Shown: one piece after another, positions 51,139-59,331 of the stretch | Numbering within the stretch: the first letter of the stretch is position 1 | Layout: every line of letters begins with the position of its first letter | Origin: Trichoplax sp. H2 | Taxonomy: Eukaryota | NCBI GenBank assembly: GCA_003344405.1 | Contig: NOWV01000028.1 | Location: forward strand, 558,001-617,331 | Direction: 5' to 3' | DNA length: 59,331 nt | The notes under the pieces: model-generated | Seen by the model: only the letters and a program-made list of their open reading frames with translations | Databases searched by the model: none | What the model was told of the DNA's origin: nothing | Position numbers and translations under genes: made by a program

Positions 51139-53329
51139 AAGTGGATCCGTGATGCTTACCAGTGAAGTTTTCCAACTCGATTGTAACTAGCCAAGGAAGA
51201 TACTATTTTGCTATCTATGAAACATCCACACCAATTGGGAAGCTTTATCAAGCGCAGTGTTGACCTGGAATCCCTCCTACTTTATAACAAATTAAGTTTC
51301 GTTATCATTTATAAAATAGTGCTTTGTAGCAGCCTTATTGTACATGATTGCAGCTGATATCACAATGATAGTACAGTAGATGCACAGTACGTAAGGTCGT
51401 AAGATATTTTTACGATTCTTTGGATATTCGTAACTTTTAAAAGAGTCAAAGATCACTAATACAAGTATAGTATAAATCAATTTAATTTGGATAAATGAAT
51501 GATATGCAGTAGTTAGTCTTTATGTCTACTCGAGTAGGTAGCTTTTAAAATTTGACAGTGGCATTGTGAAGTATACCTACCATGGTAAGCCTATCTAAAA
51601 TAGACAAACAAAGGCATGTGTGCAGTTAACATTCATATGTGATACGATATAAGACGTTGTAAATACTGTACAATGCAATGAGTACCAGAGATGTGACAAA
51701 TTTTAATAGATTTTCCTATTATCATGCTATTTATTCATTTACATTTATTCTTAGGCATAGCGATCTGAATTGGTTGTAAAGTCTTGATACCAACCAAAGG
51801 AGATCGATTGATTGCCACAATTTTAGACTAGTCGATGAGAAATGTATGAGTACAACATTGTCAGCAACGTACCGTATTGATTACTGTTGTAACCTCTCAA
51901 AGTCGCAATCGTTGCAATCTGTTTTTAGCTCTAAAAGTTCTAGCTCGAAATTGATGCAAAATATCATTGAATTTTATGTTAGAGGATTTCTTTGAAAGTT
52001 AGCTGGTTGCAGTTACAGTGATGTATTTTCTAGGCTTTGCTAAGCTTACATTGAGTATGTTAATTAAATATAGCGCCTTGATAGTGAATTGATAACAATA
52101 ACTAATAAAGAATATTCAAAACGAACTTCCAACGCAAGATGTTACTACTTTCCATTTCAGAACTCCAATTTTACAGGAAAGAGCAAGTAACCTTCAATAT
52201 CTACGTAGTAGAGAGGATTGTAGTATTCAGGATGCTAACGAGAGGCTTAGCTTTGCCATCCTTCCATCCCATAGTACGAGTGCTGTAGGTGTATTATACA
52301 GTATACCTTACGGCTATCAAATTGAAAGTACGACTTATTGATATTACATGTTTCTTTCATACTATTCTACCTCATGTATCGTTAATGATGATGATAGCTA
52401 CGGCTACTGGCCTCTAGATGTGACAAATGAAATTAATATAAACGAAATAAGAGAATCTCCAATCTATATTTGATATGAATTCCATTTAATTTTATTTATT
52501 ATTGAAAATTATTTAAATGAAATTACTGTTAACAGCGGTTCAAAGTTGTAATTATAGCTAGTATTTCAAAATTATAATTATTCACATTATCGTAAACTAT
52601 AGAAAAGTATTTTTGCTATTGGTATTAATGGTCAGCGTACATAATCGTTATTAATTTACTAATTTAAACGAGCATTCGAATACTGCATCAAAGCAGATTC
52701 TGACCATGGTACTTGAGGAAGTGTGTACCACTTTTCGATTCTTAAATGATTGTCGAGTAAAATGTTTACCTGAATGGCTACGTACTTACAAGTTATAATG
52801 CAATGATAGCGTAGTAGAGAATAAATACGCCTGTATGATGTAGTAAAGTCGATGCAAATTTGATGCAATACTATTGTAATCGCTAAACAGAGAAGAACTC
52901 ATGGCTGAATTACTCACCATATAAGAAATTATCATCGTATCGATTACACTAGTAGATATAGAAACGTCGATTTGAGATTACTTATAAATATTTGTACATT
53001 TTGTAGGTAAGATTATAACATTACTTTTACAGACTTATCGCCCGTTCGAATCAAACTTACTTCAATGTTATAAATTTTAACTCCAAAGTTGTCGAAGATT
53101 TACTATACTCTATAAGAATCATAAAATTTCTAAATATATCCTATTTCTAATATTCTCCTATTATAGTCGAAAGAATTTTTACTAAATATCCATAGTCCTT
53201 GATTTACACAACTCTCATCGTTATTAGCTACTGCTAATCCTTTTTAAAGAGTGTCTATCATCTTGCCTACCAGTTCATGACATAAACGCAAAATCCAGTA
53301 ATCCAATCGCGAATTTGACAATTTGAATC

Positions 53330-54741
53330 TTACATTTTTGCTACAACATCAGATAATATAGCGGAATAATTTACATTTTCTGTGAGGACAGGTAAATCGA
53401 TTGTAGTGAAACTATTAACGTCCATTTTCATGATCGCTAGGGCTGGAGGATTTAAATCTTTCTTCGATTCATGAAGTGATAAACTTGGGAAATTAACACT
53501 CAAGTAAGGATCTTCTTCATAATCAGGAGCATTCATAAGCCTGGACTTTCTGGACGGCCTGATCATAATATGAATAAAAGCCTTATTTAGTATCATACTG
53601 AGATGTTAATTTGTAACTGTTAATGAATATATAGACTCATAGCTGAATGTCTATAACACTGAAATCGAATACAATTTACGTCAAGACTATAAAAATTTGG
53701 CAATCTTCCATTCAGACAATTATAAAGTTTCTATATTCTCTTTAAGGTATTTAAATTAAGTATAAATCTGAATTCTATCAGGCATACAGTATATAAATAA
53801 GATTGTTTACCTTCCACGTTTAGTGGTTGGTGTAGACTTCTTATTCTGATCTTGTGCGCCATCAAATAAGCGAAATAAGAGATGCGGATCTCCATGAGTA
53901 ATTTTTTTAAACTTTGCTGGGCGCGGTAAGGTTTTTTCTCCGGGAGGAGTAACTGGTCTGGTGGATGCTATATCTTCGTAGCTGTCATGTACAAATAGTG
54001 GAGGTAATGATGTTGGTAGAGGCTGGCGCGATGTTTCCGAAGTTTCTAGCTCCTGCCAAAACGATTGGGGTAGGGCTCTTTGCCTCATTGGTAATGGCTC
54101 TGCATAAATAAGGACCACTTTATTATAGCAATTTACATAATTGAGCACTGTAACATCCATATAAACTACCGAGATCAGTCTGTGTTACATATTTATATTG
54201 TCTATTAGAATACTGTAGAAAGCTTCAATAAACCAATTTGTCGATCAATTTGATTGTGTAGCAAATAGAATGTATTAATATAGTAATAATTTAGTCATCA
54301 CACCGTTACAGTATGAAATACACGTGATAATATTTGATTTCTAAGTCTGTTTGAAAAAATGCTGTACTGGACAGTAAAATTTAAAAAATTTTAGAAAATT
54401 GATTTCATTTAGTTTGCAATAATGTCAAAATTCACCCGATCAAACGAGACTTGTATTTATTACCAGTTTCATTTGTAAGGTCTACTACCTTATGCTAAGT
54501 AATAGTGATATTATTAGTGTGCCGTACCTTTCATTCGTCGAATTCTAAGAGAGTGCTCTCGGCATTTCTTTCCTAAGGTCGACGGCGGTTTTTCAATTTC
54601 AGATTGTTTCTTCTTAATTTTATCTATGCGCGGAAGTTTGATGTATTCTAAATCCGTATTAATGTCAAATTGAACGGGTTCAGACTTGCTGTTATTTCTC
54701 CTATTACTATTACTTTGGTTTGAGAATAGTTTTAGCGACAT
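53330..54741 (-). CDS. Uncharacterised 243-aa protein with a YAP/FAM181-like TEAD-binding omega-loop motif and an AT-hook-like KRGRP, 3 coding exons
   Basis: Exons 54741-54528, 54099-53811 and 53558-53330 (phases 1 and 2, GT-AG). Translation ...RIRRMKEPLPMRQRALPQSFWQELE...RPVTPPGE...PHLLFRLFD...TKRGRPSRK...EEDPYLS...LPVLTENVNYSAILSDVVAKM*. Upstream donor-like sites at about 54990 and 55186 suggest non-coding exons. Confidence 0.8.
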
Positions 54742-57700
54742 TCTCGTCTAATTGACAACGTTGACTTCTTTTTTGCTTTCAAAAGATGATATAAAGATGA
54801 TCTGCAAGCTGAATTAAGATGATAGAATCAGGCCAATAGTCAATGTCTCTTAGCGTAAAATGATAGTAACTTTGCATCAAATGTTTTTAATGAACACGTA
54901 GAATGGTTAATTATAAAATTTTTTATTGTTTTTGTATATCATCAAGTATCTATCCAGTTAGGATAATATAACAGCTTGAGGCATACCTTACCAGAATATT
55001 TCTATAGCAGTCAATTAATATGATCGATAGGAAAGAAGATTTTAAAGCTGAAATGTTGATGGCATTCGGCAAAATCAGTAGTAATCGACGCCTACAGGGA
55101 GCAAAAATATCATTAAATGGCCACAACGTACGTTACTATTTATGTTGCAAATATGCAGCGGATGTCATTATAATTATCATTTCTTACCTTTAATTTCCCG
55201 GCAAAACACGTCTTAGTCTATTGCGTTTTCAACTTTCAGCTGTATCAAACACTACTATATTTCAGTATAGCCTTTCGAAGATGACTCATAGTCAATTCAT
55301 TTCAATTACAGTATTATTATAGTGCCTTAGCCAATGATATTCACGGCATAGAAAGAGTGTGCTATAGCCTGACAAAGAAATTGTTTAGGCGTTGCCATTA
55401 CAACGAATAGCAGTTAGATGATGTAATTGCTATATTAGGGCTGCTTGCACTATATCTGCGCAATCGCCATCACCTTTATCTTAGATGATTTTATTAGTAT
55501 TAGTCATATATTTAAAGGGATTTAATGAATGTTGCATGTTAAAAGTCAAGAATTGTGGGATAGCTTTGTGGGTTAATGTAGATATTAGTTACTTATGCAA
55601 TAGTTTGGTATAAGCTCGATAAAGAACATTGCAATTATTCAAATCTATCTACTAGTACTACGCTAACATCAGGTACAATATACTAGATGCTTCAAATCGT
55701 ATGAATTTGCTCGAGACGATCTATTCTACTTTTATTCCATTTAGACGTTATAAATATATTTTTACTAAATTGTACGTATCTATTTCAAGTAGCGATAGGG
55801 TCATATAAATAATGCAAGTGAATTAGATAGACGTATAAAATACTAATGCTTTTATTGTAGGATAATGTCACGGTATGAACCTCCGTGAAGGGTAAATGAC
55901 TAAATTTAGTGGTTAGCATTTATATACGGAGATAATTAATAATGACTTACAATAAGAATTACAGTTGTTATTATTTTGTTGCAGAAAACTATGCTGTACT
56001 ATATTAAAAGCTCTTATACGGTAACTAAGCTTAATTGATTATAGTGTTATGTCTTGTAACACTTATGATGAATATCCTGAAGATACTTAATTATAGATGA
56101 TGCTATGAATAATTCTTTGCATGGACATACTATAATCTAGTTGTCTAGAATCGTTCAGTACATGTCTAAGATTATGAATGATTTCTGTATTAATTTAGCT
56201 ATCCAATACGAACTAAATTTCATGAACTGTTATCGCTCATACAAGATAACAGCTACCGAAGGGTATTGAAGCTCGGCAGATAGTTGAATAAAAGAAGAGT
56301 TCTATAGTTGTTTAACGTTGAAGCAAAGGCGTCTAAATTCTTGTAAGATAGCTAAGGGATGCTAAATCCCAGAGACTATAGTAATTTAGAGATTTATTTT
56401 ACGTTAGCTTTGTTACGAAGCTGGTTTGCGATAGATAGGCAATATATTTTATACAGAAAATGATATGTTTGTTTATTATTCTACTAAATTAATCATTCAA
56501 CTATTCTACCTGGGGTCAAATAAGCTAGTTTTATGTGATAATATATATTTTTTCTTTATTGCTATCCGTAATAAGCGCACGTCGTCATTAAATAGTTGCA
56601 TATACATAGTAGGTTGCGATTTGAAGTAACATACTTAATTATAGATTGTATATTTGTATATTTTGCGTATTTGTAGAATAATTGCAAAGTATATGCTCTC
56701 AATATTGCTGTACTTGCTTACTATACCTGACAATACTACTACTTTTATTAAATGCAATAAAAAGAATTAGAAGCCCATAGTTATCATTATAGAACAAGAA
56801 TGAATTTTTAAATCATGACGTAACAGAAATATAATTACAGTAATGCTTGGTATTTTCATATAGAATAAATCTAAGTAAAGCTAATAGCCAATCGTGACCC
56901 GATCGAAATTTACCGTACTTCATTCGCTATATATTTTGGTCAAAGTTCTATATAGCGTTACAAACTGCGATCAAGGTATGCTAAAATTTTTATTGACTTT
57001 CGGGCTAATCAATAATCTGACTTCAAACTTATACGCTATAATTTGTTATTATCCCAACTTAGTAGTAAGTAATATGTAATACCTAAAACCAGTCGTATGT
57101 CAATAACTTAAATCTTACTTTACTTTAGTACTATTATTTAGCCTCAAGAAGTTTCATTAAATTCCAGAAAATTTAAGAAAAATGACGTGCTAATTTAATA
57201 TGTCGAATACAAAGAAGTGAAGCATTATAAATGAAGTTGTTATAAAATCGTGAATATCAGAAATTAATCTACCATTCTTTGCAATATATTTACGGTGATA
57301 CTTACTTACGCTGGAATTTAAATGATTTGTACATAGTTATCTACTAATTGCCGCATTGATAATGAAATTTCAAAAATTTTCCCATTTCTTAAGCTCAAAA
57401 TACTGCTAATTGATTACGAAATTTAGATAATAAAAATGAGTATAAGGCTGCCAAAATGTCATGTGTGAAACGTATAGGGTGGATTTCACGGCAGGCTTTT
57501 CATATTTATTTTCATAAACCTAACTGTTCAACTAGGCACTTGATAAAAGCTAGTTCCTACTGCGGCTATTTAAATAGTAGCGGTAATTTATAATGTTAAC
57601 ATATTAAGGACTAGTTTGAAAACATGCAAGTTTTCTGCATGATTATCATAAATTCGTCTTTACTAATCTGACCATCTCCATCGCAGTCAGCTACATCAAT

Positions 57701-59331
57701 CATATTCTGTAATTCGTGATCAGATAATTTCATTCCACATTCTCTTTCAGCTCGCTTTAGATTATCTAAAGTTATTTTTCCACTTTTATCTAGTATTTAA
57801 CATATTAATGGCAATTTTATTAAGTAAATTTATAACTTCAGCAGCCTATCTAAACAAGGTATTAGAAACTATATTTTATAAGTGGCAAAACATGATTGTA
57901 TCTACTTTTCAATTACAGGAAATTAAGTTAAATTGTACAATATCAGCACTCATTACATACCATAGTCAAATAAGTCGAATGCCTAAAAAATTAAAATATA
58001 AAATTAAAATTGCTTTCTAAAATTAATGGTAATAAATTTTACAGCTTTTAATTGGGCTTGATAAGTATTTCATGTGGCCAAAATATAGTTACTAGGCGAG
58101 GAACATGAACTATTGGTAACTACAAGTCTTCAACGTGAATATACAGAATGCTGCTCGAGAATCGAGACATGTACTATCTTTGAGTATACCTGAGAAATTT
58201 CATCGAAAGTTCCTCTATCATTAACGCCTTGATCACTAATGAACTCCAGAAAGTCATTGAATGAAAATTGACTATAATCGAAAGCATTTCAATTTCATTA
58301 AATTTCCTAAATAATACCGATATCTTTGCGGTAAATGACACTCACTAGTACTTTATAATTAGTTGCAATACCATTTGCTTTACCGATATATTTATATACC
58401 TTTGCAATTTTAAATTAATGCATAATTATTGATTCGGTGATGTACGTAAAGATTACAGACAATTTATTTAACCGAAAGAAGGTATTGAAACATTTTATAA
58501 TATTAATAGTTTATGATTATGCAAAGGTTTTGAATTTATCTGTGCAGCTAGTGTGAAGCTACCGCATACTTAAATTACGTAATCATTAATTTTCTGTGCA
58601 TTCACTTTTACTACAGAACTTACAAAATCATTTACTCTACCTTGAATTATTCACGCTCAGTTCTTATGTCGTAATGATGACATGGAACATTATTTATGCA
58701 GACAAACGCGAAATTAGTATGTTACAAAAGCTACGATAAATTAAATCAATATGCAATACGAACCTAGCGGAACATTTCGCCACTTAAAAGACAATTTTAA
58801 ATGTAATGATTCCGTAAAAAACTACTGAGCTAATTTTATCATTAGACTAGATCGAGACACAGAACTTACCCTGAACAGCGTCTAATTTTAACCTGTAGCC
58901 TAGCACTCTTAATGCTCGTTGCATTTCATGACATTCCAATGATCTATAAGAAGAGATCGAATTGTAAAAATATTTTTTTATTAATTTGATATCTTAAAAT
59001 TTTTAGTTTATTCCATTAGTACTGAATTGCATCACCCTATAAATTTAATATCATAAAGATATCACTAAGAGAATGTTCTAATAGAAAATAATGTTTCTAA
59101 TAAAGATGGGTTTAATACAATATTCGAATGTATAATTGTAGAGTTACGAGATGTAATAGATACAACAATTCAAATCGCAAAATGCTTCAAACAAGCCACA
59201 GGTCTTTTGTAGAATTTTTAAATTATTATCATTATCTAATAGCTAACAATTGCCAAAAGATTAGTCACAAATATAACCGCATAATGAAGATATGACTATC
59301 AGATGTTGATGATTAATGATCATTTAGAAAT

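Noticed and set aside
57731..57743. Tandem TEAD (MCAT)-like site CATTCCACATTCT upstream of the TEAD-motif gene, suggesting feedback
   Set aside because: The spacing is not the canonical 3 bp, and such hexamers are expected by chance in 4 kb.

Overview
AT-rich, intron-containing genomic DNA from an animal with a compact genome, with one 20-N assembly gap. Short GT-AG introns, gene density and conserved metazoan genes suggest an early-branching invertebrate, most likely a placozoan such as Trichoplax; this is inference. Splicing by hand gives about 12 genes: a partial unknown membrane protein, TBC1D24-like, an intronless iodothyronine-deiodinase-family selenoprotein (in-frame TGA plus a type II SECIS about 1.1 kb downstream), SPAG7, a C8orf33/UPF0488 homolog, a YJR142W/NUDT20-type Nudix hydrolase, LRRC23 with an upstream RFX X-box, a secreted 10-Cys prokineticin/colipase-fold protein, AURKAIP1/mS38, AGTRAP, TTC36 and an uncharacterised protein with a YAP/FAM181-type TEAD-binding motif. 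There are also many 25-290 bp tandem repeats and (TACAG/CTGTA)n-rich patches near gene starts. Best leads: (1) the prokineticin-fold protein has a 78-aa loop with an acidic core bounded by convertase-like sites, a proinsulin-like two-chain design; (2) a WW-less TEAD-binding omega-loop protein with an AT-hook-like motif; (3) the recoded deiodinase with atypical active-site residues; (4) a G-U-rich hairpin shaped like a pri-miRNA.
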